Assembly: GCA_002633005.1 (NCBI GenBank)
Contig: NMRA01000174.1
Coordinates: forward strand, 642,867 to 706,866
From: Phoronis australis
Taxonomy: Eukaryota; Animalia; Phoronida
Direction: 5' to 3'
Length of the DNA: 64,000 nt
Under the pieces are notes generated by a model. The model was not told the origin of the DNA. It worked only from the letters and a program-made list of their open reading frames with translations, and ran no database searches. Shown here in pieces: positions 1 through 12,800 of this stretch (positions within the stretch are counted from its first letter, which is position 1; each line of letters opens with the position of its first letter). Position numbers and translations under genes: made by a program.

Positions 1-247
1 CAGACCATTTGAGTCTCATTTACCTGCAATTGTACTGCTATCAAATGACCGAGCCAGCAATGTTGATACTACGACCGCTCATCGAAATAATGTACACCCA
101 CGAAATTCGGACACTAGCGGAAACCCAAATTTGGAGGTCCGCCAAATTCGGACACCAAAAAATGATATTTCGCGAGATTCGTCCAAGAATGAATTTTTTC
201 TATTGGAATTAATTTTCAGTGTCCGAAAATCACGCGACTTTACCGTA
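1..247. mobile_element. End of a Tc1/mariner-pogo-type non-autonomous element (truncated by window edge)
   Basis: Ends in ...CGCGACTTTACCGTA, the same TAC(C/G)GTA-type terminus as the MITEs at 16049 and 49006. Repeated subterminal AAATTCGGACAC; CpG-rich relative to the flank. Confidence 0.5.
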
Positions 248-898
248 GGCTTGTTTGCTGTCGGAACGATGGGAGAATTACCAGTTTGTGCTCCTGGCTT
301 ATAAGGTTAAATATGGATGTGGCTCAAAGCTAGTGGCACACGATACCCTTAAAGTTTTTACAGTATTGACCTTACAGGCACCAAGGCAACATGAAGTTAA
401 TTAATGTTAAGTTCATCATCCATTTGATGTATTCGTAAACGAGTGTTGAAAACTAAACATTCTTAACATACTATCTCAATAATTGTTTGTCCAACACTTG
501 TTCAATGCCACTTCTGAGGCACTGTCCATAAAGCCCATTCATTTGATTTTGTTCATTTCCTTGGTAATGCTCATCAAAGACAAATTGATTCGACAAGCGA
601 CCGTGAGAAATGTGTTTCTATTGGCCACACTTTGACTGTGAATAGCTCATTAACTACCACAGCTTCGATTGGGCCTGGTTTCCCAGTTTCTGATTGTTTT
701 CTCATTTTTACAACTTTTCCATGAGTTTTTAAGAAAGCAAATTTCATTTTCCAGGAATTATTTTTTCCGCAGCAAAGCAGACGTATATTTTAGTTGCTAT
801 AAACCCTTGCTTCATCAAAAAATACCTTGACAAAGAAAAATCACTAGCATAGCATGTGCCTTAATCTTGAAGTTTTTAATAAAACAGTGTAAACTCAC

Positions 899-3800
899 CT
901 TTCTTGTTGGAGGATACGCTTCCTGTGGGGCTAAGTACAGCTTGAGGGGTCGGGAAGTGAGCTGAAAGCATACAGATAACTCTAGGTTTTGTCCTTCACA
1001 TGATATGACACCAATTTACACACTAACAAGATATCTGTCTTGGTTTCCAAACATGCTTGGTCAACAGTGCTCATGAAATGACTGATTCATCTGTTCAATT
1101 AGTGGTAGTTTATAGTGACATAAATACAGATCTATTTTGACATTCTAAAATTCACCCTGCCTTACAATAACTAAAGACCTTTAGACATTTGATGTGGCTA
1201 TTCCAAACAATAAATTTTCAAAACTAAAACAATATCAAAGTTATTACCAAGTTGAAGGCTGGTGTCAGCTCAAAACAGTTTTGGAACAGCGAGACCCTGG
1301 CAAAGACGTAGAGCCCTAGCCTGGCACGAGACATGGCCACTATGAGGCGCCGCACGTCCCTCAGGTGACCCACTGCCCTTGTTCTGACCAGAGACAACAG
1401 GATGTAGTCGTTCTGCTGACCTTGGAACCTGTCCACTGTCGTAACCTGGACACGGAAGAAGTTGTGCATTTAATTAACACATTGATTACAAACCAGTTCA
1501 GGTCACAAGTAATAATTACACCTCTATGGTTTTTTGATGAGCCTCAAATTGGTCAAATATTAAGAAATCTTTTATTCCTGCACCCAACTTTTTGTTTCAG
1601 CTCAAAATAGGAATGTAAACAAAGATTGGTGTATGGTCATGTCTTAGTACTTTCCAACTTACACCCAATTGAGATGCAGCACATCAATGTAATGCAAGAA
1701 TGTAAAGCCAGGTTGTACAAGGCTTTGAGCAGTGTCACACTTGATCTAAGTTGAGCTGTGATCAAATGTATGCTATAATTCATCGTAGTCGGCAAAATTC
1801 GACACAAAGGAAAACACCTATGCCCTCCCAAGCACTCATTGAGTTGTCTTGAGTTCCCCTTCTAACATGGAAAACAAAAATGACTACAAGCCACTTTTCA
1901 TGTTTTTCGACCAATCCTAGAGATTGAAAAATACGAAGACATATAACATTCAGAACTGAGAATGCCCATTCTCAGTCACATGTGGAATAATGTGTGGTGA
2001 CCAATAAGAAGCAGTTTTACAGAAAGGCTTGGAAACAAACCAATCTATTAAGTATACTCATTGGCAGGCTCACCTTGGATGGTACCCCTATGAGGGGGTT
2101 ATTACCACACCTCTGACGGATGACGTCACGGATCAGATGTTTCTGTCCATTGTAGGTAGTTAAGATGGAGATCTTGTCTGCGGGATAGCCTAGCAGTCTC
2201 ATGTACATGAATAGTGCAACAACGTACTCGGCTTCAGCGAGGTTCTACAGAGAGAATAGCACATTCCATTAATGAGGTAAAAGGTTGTGAAGGACAGGCA
2301 CAACGAACGAAATACACCACACACTGTAGCATCAGTAACATGAATCCCTGGAAGAGAGAATCTTGTGCCTGTGATATGTCAGTCATTATAATTGAAAAAA
2401 CAGGTAATAACAATCAAATATAAGAGATTTAAAAGAAAGTCGAGAAGATATTCATGGGAAAATTGACTGAATGCAAATCCAAGCAGTATGGATGAATACA
2501 GGTTTTTTAAATACTGTCTTGGTTTTGCAGAAAACGCTCTTGTTACAACACACACTCACTGCCACTTCAGACCATCATTTATTCATCACCTGGTAAAAGT
2601 AGGGATTGGGTTCTGACTCTCCAACACCATTGAAATCTTGTACATCTATGACTTGGTAGTCGAAGAACATTCCGGGGTTAGCCGTTAGGAACTCTGGGTA
2701 GACGTTGACGTGAGCCAGGTTTCCCAGTTTAGTGTAGCGCCAGTTGTATAGTTCACATAAGCTGGAATGGAAGACAGATGAGTATACTTAATTGTACCAT
2801 GTATTAGTGAAGTCAACTTAGTTTAGTGAAAGGTACCAATGTTAGGTGCTCGACATTATAATTCACACATTCCGAGATTAACTACACAAATCCAAATTTC
2901 AGAAAGTATCACAAACATGTTACATATAAAAAATCCGGATTTCATGTTACATAAAGTTATGAAATTTAAAAATCCAACATTTTTCTTTTCACACATTTCT
3001 AAATAATTACGCATCATGTAATGCAACATTGTAAACCCTTGACTACGTTGTCGCAGAAAAACAGGACTCGACAAACATTTTAACCATTGAACTGTTCTCA
3101 AGATTAGATAACTTAAACTAAAATTTGCATACTAATGAACTAATGACAAGGCCTTTGTATGAAGCATAGCAGATAGGAAAGAGCTTAAAATCATTGCTTG
3201 TAACAACTGATGGTTTCTTCACGCTCAGCTTACCTCCCGCGCGCCCTGCCCTGAGCATCCAGATCAACAGTGGGCACACCGAGTCGGACGAACCTAGTGA
3301 AGAGTGACTGTTCCATATTGCTATACTTTTGGAATGCCATGTTCTTGATGACTGGAGGCAACTGGTGGTGGTCTCCAATCATGATCCACCGCTTGAGACG
3401 ATTGAAGCCATCTTCAGGGTTCTGCAAGTTTCAAATAATAACATATTAATAATTAAAATGGATAGGGGACAAAGTGCTGAATAGATTGCATTGTTTTACA
3501 CATAAATCGCATCTTTATTCACTGAGTGACGTTCAAAAGGGCACTAAAGATACTTCTGTCAAAATACAGTCACTGCTCTACTATGAGTTCAGATTTGCAA
3601 GGTAACAAAAAAGGCGTCTCAATGAAAATTTCTACAGAATTTTGGCGAAATTTTATCAACTGAGAAGAAATCTTTTAAACTTATTTCATAATTTTTATGA
3701 ACAGAAACATCAAGACTCCAAAAACGTCCCCAGCTTTGAAAGTCCCTCAAAGTAGCATTTCATTACAACACCCCTTCGCAAATATCATTCTAAAGACAGG

Positions 3801-6800
3801 CAGAGCTCATAACCAGGGATTTTTTCCCGCGAATTGCTTACCTGTAGCAAAAGTGGGATGAAGGTTTCAATCTCTAGGATCTGAGCTGACTCTTCCATCA
3901 TAATGTTATCATACTGAAACAGGAGAGCATTTAGTAAGCACACAAAAGCAATGAGCTACATGTCTGCCTTCTGGCGAAACCTGACATCAGATTGACACCA
4001 GTGACAGTAACAAAATGGGGTCATGATTTACAGCACTTCCAAATTTAAAACAAAATGGGGTCATGATTTACAGTACTCCAGTAACAAAATGGGGTCATGA
4101 TTTACAGCACTCCAGTAACAAAATGGGGTCATGCTATCTGGTCTGTTTCTGCTTGAGACCAAGCTCAGTAACCAGTGTTGATAGGCTTATCATTTTAAAC
4201 ACTGAAAGCAATACGGTTGGAAATAGGCCAGTTATCTAATCAAATACTAGACTAGTCAATACACAGGAACTAAAAGTATCACAATTTGTACCAAACATAA
4301 TTTTTGTTTGTCAACACTTTTACTGTGATGCATGGTTTAGATTATCACGTTTAAAAGATACAAAATATGAATAGACAAATTTGCTTACCTGAAACCCTAG
4401 TTCTACCAAATCTCGACGTTTCAGCGCTGCGTGAGTACAGGTCATGGCTATTATTTTGGCCTCCTTGATTAGAAGATACTTAGAACGGTCGGCACCACTT
4501 CTTAACAGTTCAAAAGCACGGAATTCCTGGAATGCAGAAGAACAATCTATTTATAATCACAGGTTTGCATGTTACACAATTTACACCAAAAACACAAAAT
4601 GTGGAATACTTCATCTTACTCTAGTAGCTATGAAATGTACTTTTAATAAGAATTGTGATTATAAAACTCTTATGACTTTTTCAAAGCCAATATTCCTGAT
4701 TGCCTACAGTTTATGGGACTAAAATTGTCTTCATGAGAAATTTCTATTTGCGAAGCACATCTTGATTACAACCCGAAACTATCGAACAGTAAAAGTAATA
4801 AAAATTTAAAAGCATTTCACTAATTCACTGTTGTTACCTCCAGCTGTTCAAATATTCTCTTGATATGCCTGAAGCATCCCTCAGCAATGTCCAAATCTTC
4901 CTCAAACGTTCTGCCCTTGAACAATGGGTGAGGGGCATTCTCGAAAAACTTTGTGAATGGGAACAAATCTTTAATGTTACCAATCTCCTTGGCAGGGATC
5001 TTCACTTTACTGAGGTACTCCTCCCAGCGGGCTAACACCTGCAACATAAAACAATTGTTAAGTAAAAGAGGTGAACTGTTCTTTGCAAATACAGAGAATG
5101 AGTTATATATATTCCATCTTCAACAGAACATCCACATAATTAGAGTATTGAATTACTGAGGAAAACGTTTATGTGAAAAAAGCATTCTGACCATTCCCTC
5201 TTCACTCCACCCATCACTCATCTTGATCAGAAAAGGGATGACTCTGCCCAATATTCAAGCACTTGCAAACTATGACTTTTTGTACATAATTCGAACCATG
5301 TCACACAACATGCCTGATTTACAACTTTCGCTCATCTATAATGTCTCATTTCAGTCCCAAGCCAACAGTACTGTACACATGCTGATTGTGTTACAGCAAA
5401 CATTCGATACAAAAAATATTTTAGAGAGGTCCACAGAGGGTTCAATCACACCGAAGCCTACCACATCCTCCTTACCTGGTACAAGAAGAAGTAGCCAGCA
5501 GTTTCACATGTATAGGCCACGTCCCCAGCCACGTCCAGACTCTCCTGAAGTCGACCCACCTCCTCCAACAACTCCATTCTCTGGGCCAAAACAAAGTTCA
5601 CACGACCATACCTGTAAGGGAGGGAAACCATCTCATTGAGCTCACCACACTTATCCATAGCGTTAACTGTGAATTAACTTAATCCGACTCAAAGGGTATC
5701 CAGAATGAATTCAATGTACCACGATAACATGAGCTTAAAAATAACCAAAAATTCCACCCCCTTAACATTGCAGTACATGGCCTAATTAAAGCAAAGTTTT
5801 CCATTTTATGTAACATGACGTTGATCCATGTAGCAATTACATGAGGATCAGTTTCCTGACTTAAGTTGTAAATTGACAAAATGCCAATTAACATTTGAAC
5901 TTAACAGATTCTGACCAATGCATCATGCATATTTATCTCATTAACTAAATCATAACTTAAGCAATACGAAAAAGCAACACAGTGTCATACGCAAACCATT
6001 TGTGGTTTATAATACAGCAACCTAGCTTTCCCAATTCTACATGATTACACTGTGGACCAAGTGGTGCCCATTCCTCGCTTTTCAGGCTACATTCCAAATT
6101 TAAAACACATTACTTGTTCTAGTTAGATGATGGCAGACTTTCCATCTTCAGACGCTTCAACAGCTTTAGAAGAGTTTGAACCCAGATGATGAAACCAGAA
6201 CTAAAGTAAAGTATTCCTGTTCTGACGTTAGACAGCATACCACCACTTACCTAGTTTGTTATGTAATATTCCTATTCTTAAGACGGTATAATATCACCAC
6301 TTACCAACAGAAGTAGGCAGTATCCTATCACCACTTACCTACTGAAGTATCCCTGTTTTCAAGGCAGTATCATATCACTATGTACCTACTGAAGTATCTG
6401 TTTTCAAGGCGGTATCATATCACCACCTACCTACTGAACTATCCATGTTCTCAAGACAGTGTCATACCATCACTTACCTACTGAAGTAGGTGGTAGCATC
6501 TGACCACCTACCTACTGAAGAATTCCTGTTTTCAAGATAGTGCATTGCCACCTATCTACAGAAGTAGACAGTATGATAACACCACTTACCTACTAAAATC
6601 CTTCTCCGTCTCGAGAGCCTCTTCACCATGACCCAGACGTAGCAGATGTCTCTCATCAATGTCCAATGCCATGATCTTCTCAAACAATTGATTCAGAGCC
6701 TGCACAAGTAGTGTTATCGTATAAACATTATGCTTCAGTTCAGTGAATACATCTTCATACTCTGCTACATTCTTTATTGTGCTAGTTTTACCACGTTTTC

Positions 6801-9800
6801 AAGAGAAGGACATGGATCGAATTTGAAGATTGCACCAACTTGAATAAAACAAACTCACATACAATGAACAAAATTGATAAATAATAAAGTCTTTATTACC
6901 TGGTTAGAGTGAGTCACAATGAGTGTGCGTTGTTCAGGAAAGTTGTGATAGATGTTGGAGATGATTTGGACGGCCACATCAGTCTTGCCAGTACCAGGGG
7001 GACCAACCACCTGAAATGAGAACAGGTGAGTTGTAAGTACATGTGCTAGGTATGTTGAGGTGTACGCTATCACATGGTATCCCAACATAACATGAGAATG
7101 CAATTTATTATACTTGTCTATAGGGCTGCACACTGAAACTGCACACTGTTAATAAGTATTAATTCCAAAGATCTGATATTTATTTTATCTTATTGATAAA
7201 ATACGGTTGTTTTATCGATATTTCCAAAAATGAAAGTGAGAAAATAAACTTTATATGTCCCAAAGCTAGCCTTATGTGGTCACGTAACTGGGTTATCTTC
7301 CTAAATGCATCGCACATTCACTGTGCACGTCATAGTTCACAATGAGCTTTCGTAAACAAACATGCAGTCCTTTTCACGGATGTACTTACTGCAAGAATGG
7401 CCAAAGTCCTCAAAACAAACTAAATGTCAGTTACAAAACCAAAACTGTTAAAAGATGTAAGTTGCGCATTTTCTCAAGACGGATAAGAAAACTGTGCTTT
7501 TGCTATCAGTTTTGTTCCGGTAACCACTTTAACAACTATCGTTATGTACTTGTGCATTTTTTATATGAACAGTGTTTACAAAATTAGACAGAACATTTAA
7601 AAAGTAAGAGGTAGTTTTTACCATGAAGAGCCTCATCAAACAGCAGGACAGCTGAGCACCAACCCATTATATTAAATAGGCACTTAATAACCACACTCCT
7701 ATGCAATCAACTCGGGCAATCATACATTGACACCATTTACATTCAGGTCTGATACTCATATAAAAATAAATGTTTTTATCCAAAAGATTTAAAAGCATGA
7801 CAAGAACAAAATGAACAAACCATGGTTAGACCAGGCTGCATCCCTGATCTGATGGCCTCAATCTGGGTTGGTGTGAATGGAATGGTGTTCCTGAAAGAAG
7901 AAAAATATTTAAGCTTGCTGCAACTGAGTGCCATATGTGGACAGGAAAACACTATGCAGACGGAATATTGACCAATGGTAAACTGGATTAACGAAGACAA
8001 AAGCATCGAATTGGCTTGTGATTCAGACGTCATCACCAAAATTCCATCAAATGCCGATTGATCAGCTCAGTTTGGCGAGCTAGCCAACACTGAATCAAAT
8101 GCATGTTTTACTAAGACAGGGAGGATAATATTAAGGTGGAAAAAGTTCAATAAGTAAAAATGTATTAGAGGGCAGTTTTCAGATTGTAAAAAGACTCACA
8201 TTGGAAACCTGACTTTAACTTACTTCTTTGGCTGACTGTATGGGTAAGGCCCTCTGTTGGGTAGGATATGAGGCTTTACAATAATTGTTTTACTGTCAAC
8301 AGAGGAAGGCTGGGGGTCTTCATCCAGTTTCCTCTTGTTGGACGCTTGCTTCTCAGAAAACGTCAACCTAAAACCAAACAAATATCCCAAGTTTAGTAGA
8401 GCTATATTCTTTTTTAAAGAACAATCATTTAGAATCTGATAAACAATAAGTGCTGACATGATATAAATAATAATTTTCATACCACATTACATGTGCCCAG
8501 ATTTAAAACAATAGTGTGTATAGTAAAATCATGTATAGCAGTTGAAAAGCAAGCGAAAAACAAAGCAACAGCGATGATTTTGAATGCAGTAAATTCCAAA
8601 ACCTTGTTTCTGTTCAACTGGAAAATTAAACGAAGATGACACAGTAAACATAGTAAAAAATTATCATCATTGTATCTTACATAAACGGTGCAACAAGTTT
8701 GCTTGGGTCATCCACGTCCAGTTTGAATGAATAACCGGGAAAGCTGGATTTGAGATGATCTAAGTTGAGAAATGTGTCATTCCAATCCATGGTTGATATT
8801 TGATTGCCCATTCTGAAATGAAGACATACAACACTGAATTAACCACCAGTTCACGAGTAGTGAATCACATCAGAATTCTGTTGATTTTTCTTTTTCACAT
8901 TACTTTGCTGGAAATCAGTGAATAAAAGATATATGTCCTGAATCATCTACTGTGAAATACGACAACATCTACATGACTCCACACTCTACCCACAATCCCT
9001 TTTGGCATATCAAAAACTACAGCAATGCTCTGAATGTGATGTTTTCGTGTTATCGAAAATTAGATTATAATATGCTTATGTAAACAAAACTAACTCAAAC
9101 TTACACAGGGATTCAAAGTGTCTGAGCAATTTGAACTTTAAACAGCACCAATACAAACTCACTACAGAGACAAAATCTCCCCTCAAATACTGGCAAATAC
9201 TATGAGCAAACACTTTTTACACTTACAGTTTCTGTAACAAATGCATCTAGTCAGACTCCATCCACTTACTTCGAGTAATGTGCAGCACCAGGGTCACCGT
9301 ATCCCAAGATGATGTCATGCAGCCAGTCGGGCACGACACAGTTGGTGTTCATGAGATCACGAATCGTCTCCAGGACAGCCTTGAAGTTATTCTCCTTCGG
9401 TTTACGTCTCATTATGATGTTAAATGTCTCATACACGTCCTGAAGTGCACATAATATTCACATCACAATGATCAGCGCTCTTTAATAAAAGCCTTGGGTG
9501 CAGAATGAGAAATTTAAAAGGCAAAGCATTTGGAAAAATGAAATTTTTTTATTACATTATCATATGTGTGTGTGTGTGTGTGTGTCAAGATCAACAAAAG
9601 CAGCAAAACCTTCGCTAGAACAACATAATACCTCCTGTCCTTGTGATGTTTTCTGCATGTCTGTAGCATACTGGTTGGGGTCCAGCCATACTCTGAATGT
9701 GCGGGTATCACCTGTAAACTCAGGCCGTGGCTCAGGGCCTACAATATCAAAAATCAGTAATTAGGTGAAGTTCGGATGGGTAATAATTCAATCTAAAATT

Positions 9801-12800
9801 CCGTGTGACCCCATCAATCACTCTGGACTCCTAATATCTCCTCTAAGTCACAACAGAACCTGAGCAATGCACAAAGTCAGCTAGCTTCGTTGAGTAAATT
9901 AGTTGTGACAAACACACATAAGCTACCCTTACCTTCCTCAATGACCTTCCCAGTTTCATCGAGCATGCCCTCGATTTCACAGCCTCTCACGTAGGTGAGC
10001 CCCACCTGTGGTATGAAGTGTTCATTGTGGTTGTACTTGTACCCAATGGGCACCTTAGGACGCACGGTGATTAGCAGGGCAACATCGTGTTTTCTCAACG
10101 CTGAAATCAAAATAAAAGCAACCAATAAGACTATGACACTTTTGGATCTCTACTGTCTGACAGTCAAGGTAAAAGCAAATTGATTTGATACTGAGTATCA
10201 CACCAGTTAGAGCAAAATGATAATTCCATTGGGCTTATGTTGTTATTGGACATTCTGTTAGAAAAGAAGTTAAAAAGGCACAATGGGATTTTTTAAGTTC
10301 ACTTAGTTGAACACAAATTTTTTGACGCACTCCCATTAAATTTAAACTTGCTATAAAACCCCCAAGGTGATTAGCATAAACAACATGATCGTGTTACATG
10401 TCACCCACCTTCCCACTCCCCTCTGATATCTGGCCTTACATTCAGCGTGATGCTGATGTCGGCCCTCACTTGCGCCGGGTGATTCTCGCCAATATTGGGC
10501 TTGGCGACCTCCACCACATTAAAGCCCGCGATAGGCTGCGCCATCCTGGCCCACCCACCAAAGTAGCAGCTACCATCCTCTGCTTGCCTGCAAACCAATA
10601 TCAAACATCTGTGTAATTACAGTAGGCTATGATTAGACAAAAAACATAACAAATTAAAGTTCATTCAATGTATCATAATATGATTTAACTAGCTCTAAGA
10701 ATAACAATCCTCCCCTGTGAATGATTCAGATTTTACCTGAATAATTTCCAATAGAAAATTTACCCTGCTCACACAATGATTATGGTACAACGGACTAATA
10801 AGGCAACCATTGAGGGTGAGCTTTGGTTCATAATCACCAATACAACAAGATATTCCAATCCAGGCAAATGCTTTGTTAAATTAGTTTCTTCGACAATGGT
10901 TTGATGTGGAAAAGACTGCAGGTAAATGAACCAGCAAAAAACATTTGGTATGACACTAATTTGAAAAACTGCTAACACTGGTAAGGTGGAACCATAATTC
11001 TTACTACGAGTTAGCAATACTTATAATAAGAGGTTTATGCTAAACCATGATACACTGAAAATTGATAACAAAATTACAATGCTGCTTAAAAAAGTTCTAC
11101 AAAAAATCCAATCATACTAACCACGGCCTCATACGACTGACTACATCTTCGATGTCTTGTCTGATCTCATCTGAAAATAATAAAGACCACGTTTATCACC
11201 ACGTTACACTCCTGCAATAGAATTCAAATGCAACACCTTACTAACGAGCCTCAAAAGAGCGCATCACAAACTAGTGCAGCTCTCAACGGCAGACCTAGCA
11301 TGTTACCTGGGGAGCGTAGGACCCCCACAAAAATGACAGTTCTAAAAATGGCATACACGAGGTGGTTTGGGGCACCCCTAAGTCTGCCTCTGGCACTCTC
11401 CACATCCCACAAAATACATTAATCTATGTTCAACTTACATGTCGACTCCAGTCTGAATAGGTTAAAGTTCCTCAGTAGATAGTCATGTAACGTGAGAAAC
11501 TGTAAGTTCAGTTTGGGAAGAGCAAGGCAACCTGAAACAAAAAGTGGAGACACGTGTAACGGATTTCGGAAAGACTGTAGAACTACGATTTGTTGAGGTT
11601 GGGCGTGCACATTCCGCACTCACAACTGTAGTATGTCTCTGACGTTGGGACACTCCTGGATTTCAATGGCAAGTGTTGTTTTGTTTTGAATATTAGGTCA
11701 GAAAATAAACCAGGCACTCAAATAAAGCGAGTGAGTGGTTTCAAAATTGGAAGCTTGTAGGTGGTATTTGTAGCATATTAACACAGGACACTACCCCTTC
11801 CCGATTTAATACATTTTTTCTCACCATGCACTATCAAACGTGAACTTGAAACATGTAATACCATCAACCTGAGGTCTCACATTTATCTACTCTAAGGAAA
11901 TGCCACAACAGAGACCAGGGTCCAATCCCCAAACTCAGACCTGACCAAACACTTGATGACTAATCATGCCGTACAATTCGAGTACAAATTTGTTTACTAA
12001 AAGCATGCCATATAATTGCTCAATTTTAGAGTCAAGTTTCCAACACAAAGATTAGATCCCAGCCAAGGTTTGTTTCACTAAAATTTTGTAACTTTATGAC
12101 GTTTCTATAAGTCCAAGCCGAAACTTACGACCAGTCAGTGCAAGTTTTATTGCATGTTTCTGTTTAAACTGTGTAAAACGATCCATTTTTGCGAACCAGG
12201 CCTCTGGCACTTAGAAACTCTCAATAAATATTTGCCCACTGAGTACTTGCCTTCACCAGAGAAGTATTCCATTGGCACAATATTTTCATCCCAGACAATT
12301 TCCTCAGTTGGGTAGAGTGGCATCTCATTCAAGGCTTGCAGCTGTGATGCTCTTCGTTCGTGTCTCGATACCTTTAAGGAAACAGAATCAAATAATTATT
12401 CAATTGTAATTACTTAATGCCTCAGTGAAGAACTAAGCACAAATATTTGAAATTGGTTCAGTCAATTTGTGCATTTTCACAAAATGAAATTAGACAACAA
12501 GCCGAGTGACCATCTTGTCCATTGAGCTGTTTACAAATCAAAGAACTAACAGTAAGCCAATAGTTACACNGGAAAAGACTGCAGGTAAATGAACCAGCAA
12601 AAAAACATTGGTATGACACTAATTTGAAAAACTGCTAACACTGGTAAGGTGGAACCATAATTCTTACTACGAGATAGCAATACTTATAATAAGAAGTTTA
12701 TGCTAAACCATGATACACTGAAAATTGATAACAATGCTGCTTTAAAAAGTTCTATAAAAATACAATCATACTAACCATGGCCTCATACGACTGACTACAT

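Noticed and set aside
5223-5639. Antisense ORFs over exons (also 18272-18598, 46557-46859, 49197-49550, 61115-61429)
   Set aside because: Shadow frames of real coding exons with no independent motifs or splice structure.
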